Both the position numbers and the translations under genes were made by a program. A stretch of DNA of 64,000 bases from Candidatus Doudnabacteria bacterium (GTDB lineage: Bacteria > Patescibacteriota > Doudnabacteria > UBA920), in assembly GCA_038203095.1 (NCBI GenBank), contig JBBREH010000001.1, positions 431 to 64,430 of the forward strand. The letters run 5' to 3'. Below, in pieces: positions 9,661 through 19,282 of this stretch; within the stretch, counting starts at the first letter, position 1, and each line of letters opens with the position of its first letter. Under the pieces are notes generated by a model that was not told the DNA's origin, made no database searches, and was given only the letters and a program-made list of their open reading frames with translations.

Positions 9661-9882
9661 ATGCCTGTGGCAGTTTTTTCAATTGTAATCCTGCTTCTTT
9701 TGGCGGGATTTACCGCGGAGTTTTGCTGGCTCCGCAACCTCGTCCGGCAAAGTTTGCGGGATGAGGATATGGCAATCTTTTTTCGGATGGTCCAAGCGGC
9801 CATCCGCAACCTGCGGACTAACATCCGCATCTGGTGGGCTCTGCTCACCTCAATGCGCCCGCTTAAGGGCGGGTGGCAATAA
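9661..9882 (+). CDS. Small membrane protein
   Basis: GGAGG SD before ATG, hydrophobic N-terminus, 73 aa. Confidence 0.5.
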   Translation: MPVAVFSIVILLLLAGFTAEFCWLRNLVRQSLRDEDMAIFFRMVQAAIRNLRTNIRIWWALLTSMRPLKGGWQ

Positions 9883-9896
9883 GGAGGGAAAAAATA

Positions 9897-10037
9897 ATGG
9901 AGTTTGAAATCTCCTACAGGTTGTCAAAATTCCTTTTTGCCATCGGGGTGAGTTTAGCCTCGGTCATAATTTTTGCGGCTTTCTTAGCTGCGTTAATTTG
10001 GCTGACAGGTGGCAAAAACAAAGGGGATGATAAGTAA
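9897..10037 (+). CDS. 46-aa single-TM small protein (not in the ORF track)
   Basis: AAGGAGG SD; MEFEISYRLSKFLFAIGVSLASVIIFAAFLAALIWLTGGKNKGDDK. Confidence 0.55.
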   Translation: MEFEISYRLSKFLFAIGVSLASVIIFAAFLAALIWLTGGKNKGDDK

Positions 10038-10223
10038 AGGCAGACAGCAAAGTCTTTATACAAATCATCCCCCTCACACTTTTTTGTTTACTCAACCGCT
10101 TGCGAGGGTTAATTTAAATTTAGATTACAAGATCTAAACCTAAATTAACCTCCTGCCTCGCCGGCGGCTGAGTTGACGAAAACAGCGGTTTTAGCTATAA
10201 TTTGTGAGTTAAATTATTATTTA

Positions 10224-10277
10224 AATTTACCCTTCGACTCGCTCGCCTTAAAGGCGAGCTCGCTCAGGGTAAAATTT
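10224..10277. repeat. REP-like hairpin upstream of rpmF
   Basis: AAATTTACCCTTCGACTCGCTCGCC-TTAAA-GGCGAGCTCGCTCAGGGTAAAATTT. Confidence 0.55.
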
Positions 10278-10291
10278 TCAAGGAAAATTTT

Positions 10292-10462
10292 ATGGGAGTT
10301 CCAAAAAAGCACAAAACTAAATCGGGTCGTAATCAACGCAGAAGCCATGACTCTTTAAAGGTTCGCAGTTTTGCCAAGTGCAAAAATTGCGAACAGCCGA
10401 CTATGCCACATTTGCCCTGCAAGAATTGCGGGTTTTATAAAGGACGTAAAGTTACGAAATAG
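10292..10462 (+). CDS. rpmF: 50S ribosomal protein L32 (not in the ORF track)
   Basis: MGVPKKHKTKSGRNQRRSH...CKNC...PHLPCKNCGFYKGR; upstream of nusB. Confidence 0.95.
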   Translation: MGVPKKHKTKSGRNQRRSHDSLKVRSFAKCKNCEQPTMPHLPCKNCGFYKGRKVTK

Positions 10463-10620
10463 TAGTAAGTTGTAAGGTATGGAAACCAGTTTAGAAAATA
10501 GTAATAGGGTATTGGTTTTAGATACTGTTTGGGTAATAAGTAAACTCTTTTTTAGGACTTAGCCATATTGCTAAATCCTTATAACCATTCTGGCTTCCAC
10601 AACCTATAACTTATAACTGG
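10463..10620. repeat. Inverted-arm intergenic element between rpmF and nusB
   Basis: TAAGTTGTAAGGTATGGAAACCAG ... CTGGCTTCCACAACCTATAACTTATAACT. Confidence 0.65.
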
Positions 10621-10627
10621 TAAACTT

Positions 10628-11062
10628 ATGGCCAACAGACATTTATCCCGCACCATTGCCATGCAGTCCCTCTTTGAGTGGGATTTTAACGGACGCAAGG
10701 AAGCTTTGAATGATATTGTAAAAAATCAGGTCAAGGAAGTTGCCGGGGCATCGGACGACACCGCTTTTATTTTTGAACTCGCCCACGGCGTGGAGAAAAA
10801 TTTAGTTGCCATAGATGAAATAATTGTTAAGCACGCGCCCGAATGGCCTATGAACCAAGTGCCACCCGTAGACAGGAATGTTTTGCGTTTGGGTGTTTAT
10901 GAATTAATGTTTTTAAAACAGGTTCCGCCTAAGGTGGCCATTAACGAAGCCGTGGAAATTGGTAAAACTTTTGGGGGTGAAAGTTCCGGCAAGTTCGTTA
11001 ACGGAGTGTTAGGGGCTTTGTATAAGGAGCTGGGGCTGGAGGAAGATAGGCAGGTCGGATGA
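10628..11062 (+). CDS. nusB: Transcription antitermination factor NusB
   Basis: [41 protein letters not shown]. Confidence 0.95.
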   Translation: MANRHLSRTIAMQSLFEWDFNGRKEALNDIVKNQVKEVAGASDDTAFIFELAHGVEKNLVAIDEIIVKHAPEWPMNQVPPVDRNVLRLGVYELMFLKQVPPKVAINEAVEIGKTFGGESSGKFVNGVLGALYKELGLEEDRQVG

Positions 11063-11300
11063 ATCGGAATATCGGATTGTTGCGTGGTTAGGGTATTATA
11101 ATTTTGTCATTATTGTTTTATTTCTTTCTTTTGCCCTTAATGTGGCATTTTTTTTTAAAATAGGCTATACTCATAATAGGTTTTGCACCAAAAACTATTA
11201 TTAAAGCGTAATAGTTATTAGGAGGCGCAGGTAAACAAAATAATTAAATGCTCGCCCATAGTGCCATAAGAGCATCAAGTATGGTGAGCAAAGGAGAAAT

Positions 11301-11585
11301 ATGAATAAACTACAACTCACTGAACAATTAGCCGCTAAATTGAGCATTACCCACAGCGAAGCCGAAAGGTTTGTAAACACTTTAACCTCTATGGTTTATG
11401 ATGTCCTGCGTGGAGGAGACAAAGTAAACATTTCCGGCTTTGGGCAGTTTTCCGTTTCTCATCGCGCCAGTAGAATTGGCGTTAATCCCAGAAACCCCAG
11501 CCAGAAAATTACCATCCCCGAACTTAACACCCCCAAATTCAAAGCAGGCGAAGCCTTTAAGGAAGCTATTAAGCTGAGGCCGTAA
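11301..11585 (+). CDS. hup: HU family DNA-binding protein
   Basis: MNKLQL, GFGQF, GVNPRNP, PKFKAG. Confidence 0.93.
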   Translation: MNKLQLTEQLAAKLSITHSEAERFVNTLTSMVYDVLRGGDKVNISGFGQFSVSHRASRIGVNPRNPSQKITIPELNTPKFKAGEAFKEAIKLRP

Positions 11586-11614
11586 TAAAAATTGTTAGCT
11601 AAATAAAGAATATC

Positions 11615-11646
11615 AAAAAAGCCTCTTTTCATATGGAGGCTTTTTT
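11615..11646 (+). terminator. Intrinsic terminator after HU
   Basis: AAAAAAGCCTC...GAGGCTTTTTT. Confidence 0.7.
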
Positions 11647-11679
11647 GTTATAATCCAGCAGGATAAAAAAATATTTTTT

Positions 11680-11754
11680 GCGAGTATCGTATAATGGTTA
11701 TTATCTCAGTTTTCCAAACTGATGATGCGGGTTCGATTCCCGCTACTCGCTCCA
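11680..11754 (+). tRNA. tRNA-Gly(TCC)
   Basis: Acceptor stem GCGAGTA/TACTCGC, anticodon arm TCAGT-TTTCCAA-ACTGA, GGTTCGATTCC, encoded CCA. Confidence 0.95.
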
Positions 11755-11993
11755 GACTTCGCTAAAGCTTCGTTTGGCTTACACCAACAGAAGATTTGTC
11801 GAAGATTGGGTGAATATAAAAATTTAAAAAAAGCGAAGTCTGCGCATAGTAATCTGATCAAGGCGGGCGACAAATATTGAAAATTAAATTACTATCCTTG
11901 TCTGCTTTGGGTCATGTACACCATGTTTGGACTGAACTGTTCTAAGAATGTATAATTTTAATCATTGATAGTTAATATAATAATTTTTAGCGT

Positions 11994-13088
11994 ATGAAAA
12001 AATTATTTTTTGTGTTCCCAATTATTTTACTGGTAGCCGCGGCGTGTAATTTGTCCACCTCTCAGTCCACTAAGGAACAGAGCTCGTCAAAGCAACAATC
12101 GCAGAGTACTAATAGTCCAACAACTAGTCCATCACAAAATCAAGAACCCCAGACAACTAATGGTATTAGTTGGGAAACTTACACCAGCAAGACACTATAT
12201 TTTTCCGTTCAATACCCTTCCGACTGGAAAACAGGTTCGCGTAGTTCTGGTGACAAGCCCGACTCTGTTCTTTACGAGCCTCAATTCCTTGACCTGGCAA
12301 CTGTCCAAGCGAGAGTTTATTTTAAATTTGACAATTGTCCTTATGCTGATGCATTCAATTGCATAAAATACCATTTCACAAAAAGTTACTCATCTGGCGA
12401 CCCCAACTGGAAATTTAACTCTAATAATATTCAAACGATAACAGCCTTGGACGGATTAAAAGGGGTATACTATGACAATTACGATTCTTTAGTTCCTAAC
12501 AAGTTAGTGATATTTTCTTATCCATTTTTACCACCCGGCGCAGAAGGTAAGGGATATTCAAATCCTACAATGTATATCTATATGGAAAGTACCAAGGGGA
12601 GGGATAATCACACTGACCCTATTTCAGCCGAGGGGAATGATATTTTTCTAAAAATGGTAAGATCATTCAAATTTAGCAATTACCAACCGGTTGCCGCGGC
12701 TCCAGCCAATAGTGGAGCAATCACGCTCGATGCGGCGACCAAAGTGGCGGTCACTCAGGCTATTATTAGCGGTTATAATATTTTGGCTTCAAAGGATGTA
12801 ACGAAGATTCGTAATTATTTTGAAACAGAATCCCAGGGTACAGACCAAGAAGCTCAAATTACAAAAATGAGCGATGCCCAGTTGCTACAACTAGCGGAGA
12901 ATGCTGTGGGTAATTCGGGAATACCGCTGGCAAGTTTGGCGACAGATTCTGCGGCCGACTGGAAGGTGGATGGCAATACCGTAAAAGTTACACACAAAAC
13001 CTACGCCCTACCAAATCCTAAATATCCTGCAATATCTGTTCTAAACGTGACATATCAAGCTATGTTTATAAATGGTGTTTGGTACTAA
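11994..13088 (+). CDS. Putative lipoprotein (island cargo)
   Basis: Lipobox VAAAC, Ser/Thr/Gln linker, WETY...FSVQYPSDW (PsbP-like start). Confidence 0.75.
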   Translation: MKKLFFVFPIILLVAAACNLSTSQSTKEQSSSKQQSQSTNSPTTSPSQNQEPQTTNGISWETYTSKTLYFSVQYPSDWKTGSRSSGDKPDSVLYEPQFLDLATVQARVYFKFDNCPYADAFNCIKYHFTKSYSSGDPNWKFNSNNIQTITALDGLKGVYYDNYDSLVPNKLVIFSYPFLPPGAEGKGYSNPTMYIYMESTKGRDNHTDPISAEGNDIFLKMVRSFKFSNYQPVAAAPANSGAITLDAATKVAVTQAIISGYNILASKDVTKIRNYFETESQGTDQEAQITKMSDAQLLQLAENAVGNSGIPLASLATDSAADWKVDGNTVKVTHKTYALPNPKYPAISVLNVTYQAMFINGVWY

Positions 13089-13132
13089 AAGTTCAACAAC
13101 CCTATCAATTTAAAATAGATTCATAATAAAAA

Positions 13133-13891
13133 ATGATATTTTTTTCAAACTTAAAACAACAAGCAGTAATCTTCCTCGAGTCTTATAAAAGCAAGGAGCC
13201 AGCTACATACGCAGCAGCCGAGCAGGCCATCGGCGCTATTTTGATAACCGATGGTTTTATAGGAATTGATAATCCATTTGGGCACAAAAAACGTCCCGGT
13301 ATATTTGGTACTATGGGGGGGATGGTTTTGGGAATTATTTTCATGTTCATTCCGAGCATTTTTGGAAATATATCAGGCATTAACAGTATGACCGCAACGA
13401 CTTCGGCAACAGTCGTTTTAGTCGGTCAGGCCAGTTATACAAGTAACAGTAATGGCCGTAGCAGTGCTGCGTGTCCGCTTACTGTCGGCTACTCGGTTAA
13501 TGGCCAAGCATATACTCAGCAATCGTCTATATCCTCTTCAAACTACTGTTCTTTGTCACAAGGACAAATAATTACTATCAATTACAATCCTGCCAGTCCG
13601 GGTTCTTGGGTTTATGGAGCCAAGACAATTAGCAATATTCTGCAAATATTCTTTTGGGCGGGATTGTTAGTTTTAATTTCCAGCGCAGTCACATTTTTTA
13701 TTCGCTTATTCAGTATTATTTTTGGTTGGAAATTGTTAAAGGACGGACGAAAAAATGCCGCCAGCTTGCTTTCGGGAACGAATATACAAACTATGATTGA
13801 CGAAATAAAACGAAATTTTACCGCATCAATTTTTGGTTTTGGAGGCACGCAAAGTATTACAACGCCCGGTAATGTGCCCTCTATAAAATGA
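13133..13891 (+). CDS. Membrane protein, DUF3592-like (island cargo)
   Basis: TM - beta domain (VGYSVNGQAY, GQIITINYNPASP) - TM. Confidence 0.65.
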   Translation: MIFFSNLKQQAVIFLESYKSKEPATYAAAEQAIGAILITDGFIGIDNPFGHKKRPGIFGTMGGMVLGIIFMFIPSIFGNISGINSMTATTSATVVLVGQASYTSNSNGRSSAACPLTVGYSVNGQAYTQQSSISSSNYCSLSQGQIITINYNPASPGSWVYGAKTISNILQIFFWAGLLVLISSAVTFFIRLFSIIFGWKLLKDGRKNAASLLSGTNIQTMIDEIKRNFTASIFGFGGTQSITTPGNVPSIK

Positions 13892-13892
13892 C

Positions 13893-13919
13893 CGGGTGAT
13901 TTCCGCTACTGGCTCCAGA
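13893..13919 (+). repeat. Degenerate duplicate of the tRNA-Gly 3' end (attR-like)
   Basis: CGGGT--GATTTCCGCTACTGGCTCCAGA versus tRNA CGGGTTCGATTCCCGCTACTCGCTCCAGA. Confidence 0.75.
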
Positions 13920-13973
13920 AAAAACATCACCAAAGTGTGATGTTTTTTCTTTTTTTTCACAAAAAATGGTATA

Positions 13974-14139
13974 ATGGGATTATTGTTGAATGGCATTTTG
14001 ACTGCAAATTGAAAATTTAGACCATTCAGCCAAAAAAATTTATCCGCTTAACTAAATGTTAAACGTCAAAATTTATTTTGACTGACTGTCTCATATATTT
14101 CAATTTTCGTCTGAAAAGCCCATTCGGCAACAGTCCCAT
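13974..14139. repeat. ~166-bp fold-back element upstream of a surface-protein gene
   Basis: ATGGGATTATTGTTGAATGG ... CCATTCGGCAACAGTCCCAT, nested pairing inside. Confidence 0.6.
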
Positions 14140-14173
14140 AATATAGTTAATAAAAATTAAGTTATTAAATCAA

Positions 14174-16294
14174 ATGAAACAAAAACTTTTTGCATTCATA
14201 GCAACGCTGGCTTTACTTTTTTCTTTGCTGCCTCTGTCAGCCGGTGCTTTAAGCTATCAGACAGTTAAAGATTCCCAAATAGGAATGGTGAAGGGGGATA
14301 CCACTGTAGCCTCTCCAAGAGACGGCCAGATAATCAGTTTAAACGGCACTGTTTATTTAGTTGACCTCGCCGGTCTTTATGGCTTCCCCAGCCTGACAGT
14401 GTTTAAATCTTGGGGATACCTGCCGGAGAAGATATTGCCAGCACTTCCAACAGAAAGCGCTTTGTCGATGCTCGATTTGGTGCCTATGCGCGATTCCGGC
14501 TGCAGCAACCCTCTGGCTCAAATACATGGTACTTGCGGTGGTTCTTCTCCCAGAATAGGCCAGTTAGTCAAAACCCAGGACAGAACCATTTACGTGGTTG
14601 TCCAAGGTGGCCTTTTAGGCATTCCAAGTTTAGAAGTTTTTAAATCTTGGGGCTTTGCTTCAAACCAAATTGCCTTTGCTAATTCCGCTGAATCTTCCCT
14701 GTCACAAATTGGTCTGGTACCCTCCCGTGACCCTGCCTGCAAGACGCCAATGGACCAGCTTAGTAGCCTCTGCGGGACTGCCGCTTCCGCCTCGCCCAGA
14801 ACCGGCCAGCTAATTACTAAAGGCAAGACCATTTATTTAGTCAGTCCAACTCCGAGTCTGCTGGCTTTTTCTAGCAAAGAAATTTTTTATTCTTGGGGCT
14901 TTACTTTTAAACAGATTATCCAAGCCAATAAAGCTGAGCTAGCCTTAGCCCAAACGAACCTGGTGCCAATGAAGGATCCTAACTGTCAAACTGCCTGGGA
15001 TCAGCTTGCCGGAAGTTGTATAGTTAGGCAGCAAACTTTAGACATATCCACAAATATGGGTCCCGCGATTGTTGGCCAAAAATATATTGCAAATTTTACT
15101 ATTGTTAATGGGGGCTTGCAGAATAGCAGTAGCTTAACAGGAACAGGGGCTCCAGCCGGATTGTCTTTTTCAAATTCCGTACGTCGTATGTATGCGTGTG
15201 ATCCTTTGCCGGATGGTACTGGTTGTGGTGGTTTGTTATCGGATCCAACTTACGCAATTTTGTCTGGGACTCCAACTCAAGCCGGTAGCTTTGTTTTGGA
15301 GTTAGTTGCTGTTTCTAATGGGCAAACGGTGAGCAAACACTTTACCCTGGTAGTCAATCCTACAAGCAGTACAGCACCTGTGATTTCATCGTTAAGTTTG
15401 ACCTCAGGAGCTGTTGGCGCAACTCTTATTATTACCGGCAGCGGGTTGAATGTATTTCAAAATGCCGGAAATGGAGATTCTGTGGGTTATAATATTTGGT
15501 TTACTAATGGCAATTACTCAATACCAATGAACGGGACAATTAGTAGCGATAATCTTATTAACGCCAAAATTCCTGAAACTCTGTGTCCCGGTAATGAGCG
15601 ATTTTCCTGCACCTCTTTAGACACAATTAAAGTTAGCCCGGGCGACTACTCCATTTATGTAAAAGGTGTTAATGGAAGTTCTCTGGTGACCAATAAGCTT
15701 ACTTATACAGTTACTTCCCCTCAAACTTCCACCTCCTGCGTTATTAACTCTTTTGCCGCCACATCCAGCACTATTAATGTCGGGCAGTCAACACAGCTAG
15801 CCTTTAGCCTGACTAACTGCACCGACTCAAATATTAAGATCCTTGACGATACCAATACTTACCTTGGTTTTAACTCTCCTTCTCCGGTAACCATTTCTCC
15901 AACTGCCACCAAGACTTATGTGCTTAGCGCTTCCAACGCGATCGGTGCTGCAACTAGTCAAAAAGTCACAGTTACGGTTACTGGTGTGCTGGCTTATTCT
16001 TGCCTTCCCAGTGGTGTTAGCTCGGACACACTTGTTTCGTCGGACATTGGCGCGTACAATACAGTGACTGTTTCGCAAAAGCTAAGTTCCTTGAGAGCCG
16101 TATGCCAAGGAGACAAACTGGTTGACGGCAGTGGCAAACCAATTTATTTTTATAATTTAATTGGTTGCTGGGGTAATCCGCCAAATAATTATTTGGAGTT
16201 AATGGCCAATCAATCTCAAGAAATTGCCAAATTGCAATTCCAATACAATGTTATTACCATACCTTGTAGTACTTCGCGCTTTCAAATTCAATAG
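14174..16294 (+). CDS. Secreted cell-surface protein: three N-terminal repeats plus Ig/IPT-like domains
   Basis: Signal peptide; 3x TVYLV...FPSL.VFKSWG repeats; APVISSLSLTSGAVG (IPT/TIG-like). Confidence 0.8.
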   Translation: MKQKLFAFIATLALLFSLLPLSAGALSYQTVKDSQIGMVKGDTTVASPRDGQIISLNGTVYLVDLAGLYGFPSLTVFKSWGYLPEKILPALPTESALSMLDLVPMRDSGCSNPLAQIHGTCGGSSPRIGQLVKTQDRTIYVVVQGGLLGIPSLEVFKSWGFASNQIAFANSAESSLSQIGLVPSRDPACKTPMDQLSSLCGTAASASPRTGQLITKGKTIYLVSPTPSLLAFSSKEIFYSWGFTFKQIIQANKAELALAQTNLVPMKDPNCQTAWDQLAGSCIVRQQTLDISTNMGPAIVGQKYIANFTIVNGGLQNSSSLTGTGAPAGLSFSNSVRRMYACDPLPDGTGCGGLLSDPTYAILSGTPTQAGSFVLELVAVSNGQTVSKHFTLVVNPTSSTAPVISSLSLTSGAVGATLIITGSGLNVFQNAGNGDSVGYNIWFTNGNYSIPMNGTISSDNLINAKIPETLCPGNERFSCTSLDTIKVSPGDYSIYVKGVNGSSLVTNKLTYTVTSPQTSTSCVINSFAATSSTINVGQSTQLAFSLTNCTDSNIKILDDTNTYLGFNSPSPVTISPTATKTYVLSASNAIGAATSQKVTVTVTGVLAYSCLPSGVSSDTLVSSDIGAYNTVTVSQKLSSLRAVCQGDKLVDGSGKPIYFYNLIGCWGNPPNNYLELMANQSQEIAKLQFQYNVITIPCSTSRFQIQ

Positions 16295-16345
16295 CGACAT
16301 CTTTAAATTTAAACCGCTTCGATTTTTGAGGCGGTTTTTGTTTAA

Positions 16346-16374
16346 TTGACAGAATTTTAGGCAAAAGGTATTAT
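16346..16374 (+). promoter_or_regulatory. sigma70 promoter of metK
   Basis: TTGACA-17 bp-TATTAT just upstream of the riboswitch. Confidence 0.65.
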
Positions 16375-16392
16375 ATTAATAATTAAATAATA

Positions 16393-16480
16393 CTTATCAA
16401 GAGACTCCGATGTATCGGGGCGGCAACCTATCCTAAATAACCTTGGGCAAGGTGCCAATTCGCCAAAGGCGGATGATAAG
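16393..16480 (+). ncRNA. SAM-I-family riboswitch (compact variant)
   Basis: P1 CTTATC/GATAAG, ATCAAGAG junction, P3 GGCAACC...GGTGCC, AATTC; upstream of metK, SD follows P1. Confidence 0.85.
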
Positions 16481-16496
16481 AAAAGGAGATTTTTTA

Positions 16497-17684
16497 ATGC
16501 CAAAAAATATCGGTCAACAAAAAAAAGTTTATACCTTTACTTCGGAATCGGTCACCGAAGGACATCCGGACAAAGTTTGCGACCAAATTAGCGACGCCAT
16601 TTACGATGAAATGCTTCGCCAGGATAAAAAGGCTCACGCGGGCATTGAATGTTTTGCAACTACGGGTTTGGTTATTGTTGGCGGAGAAGCGCGGACTAAG
16701 GCGTATGTTGATATTCAATCTATAGTCCGTCGGACACTTAAAAGAATTGGTTATGACAAGCCCGAGTATGGTTTTTGCTCAACAGATGTAGGCGTAATTA
16801 GTACTTTACACGAGCAGTCGCCGGACATTGCCCAGGGAGTAGACGAAGGCAAGGGCGAGTTTAAAGAACAAGGCGCGGGAGACCAGGGGCTTATGTTTGG
16901 CTTTGCCTGCGACGAAACCAAAGAGTTAATGCCGTTGCCAATATCGTTGGCACATCGCTTGGCGCGCAAATTGGCCGAAGTGCGCAAAAACGGCAAGTTG
17001 CCGTATTTAAGACCCGATGGCAAAACTCAGGTAAGTATGCAGTATGTAGACGGCAAACCTAAAGCCGTAATGAACGTTGTGGTAGCTGCGCATCATAGCG
17101 AAGACGTTACAACGGAAAAATTAAGAAGTGAGATTAAAAAATTTGTCATTGAGCCGGTTTTGGGCAAGTGGTTAAAAAAGGACACACAAATTTTTATTAA
17201 TTCCACCGGCCGGTTTGTGCTGGGCGGTCCGCCGGCAGACGCGGGACTTACCGGACGCAAAATTATTGTAGACACTTACGGCGGTTACGCGCCCCATGGC
17301 GGGGGAGCTTTTAGCGGCAAGTGTGTAACTAAAGTTGACCGTTCAGCCGCTTACGCCGCCCGCTACATTGCCAAAAATATTGTCGCTTCCGGTCTATCTA
17401 AAAAATGCTTGGTTCAACTGGCGTACGCCATTGGTGTGGCCAAGCCGGTGTCGGTTATGGTGGATACTTCCGGCACGGGAAAAATTTCCGATGTCCGTTT
17501 AGGTGAAATTGTCGAGCAAATTTTCCCCATCAAGCCCGCGGACATTATTCGCCAACTTAACCTGGAACGCCCGATTTACGAACAAACCGCGGCCTATGGC
17601 CATTTTGGGAGAACCGATATTAAAGTGCCTTGGGAGAAGACGGATAAGATTAGGCAGTTAAGAGTCCTGGCTAAAAAGAAATAA
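16497..17684 (+). CDS. metK: S-adenosylmethionine synthetase
   Basis: [38 protein letters not shown]; AAGGAG SD before ATG 16497. Confidence 0.98.
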   Translation: MPKNIGQQKKVYTFTSESVTEGHPDKVCDQISDAIYDEMLRQDKKAHAGIECFATTGLVIVGGEARTKAYVDIQSIVRRTLKRIGYDKPEYGFCSTDVGVISTLHEQSPDIAQGVDEGKGEFKEQGAGDQGLMFGFACDETKELMPLPISLAHRLARKLAEVRKNGKLPYLRPDGKTQVSMQYVDGKPKAVMNVVVAAHHSEDVTTEKLRSEIKKFVIEPVLGKWLKKDTQIFINSTGRFVLGGPPADAGLTGRKIIVDTYGGYAPHGGGAFSGKCVTKVDRSAAYAARYIAKNIVASGLSKKCLVQLAYAIGVAKPVSVMVDTSGTGKISDVRLGEIVEQIFPIKPADIIRQLNLERPIYEQTAAYGHFGRTDIKVPWEKTDKIRQLRVLAKKK

Positions 17685-17729
17685 TTCGCCGCGACTTCCC
17701 TCCTAAGTCCGCTTAAGGCGGGCGAAAGA

Positions 17730-17786
17730 GGGGAGAATACAAACAAGGTGAAGGAGCTTAAGAATATGACTAAGGGGAAAAAGTAA
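17730..17786 (+). pseudogene. Diverged relic of a metK 3' end
   Basis: GENTNKVKELKNMTKGKK* aligns with the metK end [17 protein letters not shown]. Confidence 0.45.
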
Positions 17787-17796
17787 TAATAAGCCT

Positions 17797-17834
17797 ACAA
17801 TGGGCATCATTGCATATGTAATGATGCCCATTGT
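17797..17834. terminator. Long palindrome / terminator-like hairpin
   Basis: ACAATGGGCATCATTGCATATGTAATGATGCCCATTGT. Confidence 0.55.
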
Positions 17835-17957
17835 ATCTGGTCCAATTAATTTTGAATTATTCAGGAATTAAGTCTATAATGACTATAAATCTTCTTGAAA
17901 AAAGCCATTAAGTGAGCAGTGTTTTAAAAGGTAGTGTAATTAATTATATTATTTATT

Positions 17958-19211
17958 ATGGGAATATCGGAACATAAGCATCAGCCAACAAGCCCTGCGG
18001 AATCAGGAGAAATTTCGGAAGTAGAAGTAATTGCTAGGAGAATTTATGAGAGTTTAAATATCGCGTTATCAAAAATCCCTCTGGATCCGGCTAATCCTTT
18101 TGAAGTTCGTGAATTTCCTAATTATTTAGCATCTAGGGCAGCGAGTTACGAAAGTGTTGGAGATATAGCCAAAGCTTTAAGTTTGTATGAGCAACTTTTA
18201 GAATTTTATGAGACTGGGCCATTGCTTATTGATAGAGATGTACAGTCATTTGATACATTAAAAGCACAGGCAGCCATTAAAGGAGTTGTTAGAATGGGCG
18301 GTAATCCGAGTGGTGCTTTAAAGAGGCTTGGCAAAATTTGTCATAGAACTGTTTCGCCCGATGCTCTGTCTCAAGCATCAGCCGTAGTTTGGAAAAGCAA
18401 TTTTTCGAGTGGAGGGAATTCTAAGATTACTAATCAAGAAGTTTGCGATCTTTTATTAGCATTGCCGGAAAATCCAACATTAGCTCAACTAGAGAAAATA
18501 AAAACTTTGTCTACAGAAGATGAAAAAAGAATTGCAGAACTTAACAAAAAATATGAAGGCCATCTACAAAACGCAAGGGCGTTATATGTCGCACCTTCTG
18601 AGACAGCAAAAGCGCAATTTACAGATGCTGATCATCTAGAATTTGAAAATTTAAGGGAAAAGGCATCAGCGCAAGCTATGTTAAGGAGCTTTGGCTCGAC
18701 AATGCTCAAATTGGCAGGAGAGGGTATAAGAAATTATTCACAAGTAGCTATTTTAGCTCATAAGATGGGAATGGTTGAGGAATCCGAACAATTTTTAAAA
18801 CAAGCAAAAGTAGTAGCACAAATGGGACAAATGGATATAAAGTTAGTTATAAAAGGAAGTTTGGAACTTCCCGCAATTGAAAGTTATAGCAGAGATTCAG
18901 CTATGGAAATAGCAGGTGTTTTAAAAGCGACTGATAACTTTCAAGAGGGTATTGAGTTTATATTTAAATATGCAGAAATTAACCGCGACACGCTTTATTA
19001 TTTAGGAGAAACCCTTCCGCAACTTTTGAAAATTAAACCTAAGGACCCCGAGGTCTTAGGGCTAGTACAAAATTTTTTAGATTGTCATAAAAATCTTCCT
19101 ATGATTTCAAATAAGATTTCATTGTTAGATTATGACCCTTATGTTGTAGAGCCGAAAGCAAAAATAGCTTTATTGTTGAAGCAACAGTTTGGATTTAAGG
19201 GTATTGCTTAA
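17958..19211 (+). CDS. Hypothetical alpha-helical (TPR-like) protein
   Basis: 417-aa ORF, AT-rich codon usage; GDIAKALSLYEQLL TPR-like helix. Confidence 0.7.
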   Translation: MGISEHKHQPTSPAESGEISEVEVIARRIYESLNIALSKIPLDPANPFEVREFPNYLASRAASYESVGDIAKALSLYEQLLEFYETGPLLIDRDVQSFDTLKAQAAIKGVVRMGGNPSGALKRLGKICHRTVSPDALSQASAVVWKSNFSSGGNSKITNQEVCDLLLALPENPTLAQLEKIKTLSTEDEKRIAELNKKYEGHLQNARALYVAPSETAKAQFTDADHLEFENLREKASAQAMLRSFGSTMLKLAGEGIRNYSQVAILAHKMGMVEESEQFLKQAKVVAQMGQMDIKLVIKGSLELPAIESYSRDSAMEIAGVLKATDNFQEGIEFIFKYAEINRDTLYYLGETLPQLLKIKPKDPEVLGLVQNFLDCHKNLPMISNKISLLDYDPYVVEPKAKIALLLKQQFGFKGIA

Positions 19212-19223
19212 TTAGTATATTTT

Positions 19224-19282
19224 ATGGACAGAAATTTAGTTTTAGAATTTGTGAGGGTAAATCCCCTTGAAGGCAGCCATCG
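19224..19282 (+). pseudogene. Relic of a glpX 5' end
   Basis: MDRNLVLEFVRV versus glpX MDRNLALEFVRV (23906); upstream spacer is also similar. Confidence 0.8.

Noticed and set aside
10173-10358. 61-aa ORF in the track
   Set aside because: Overlaps a REP hairpin and the real rpmF in another frame
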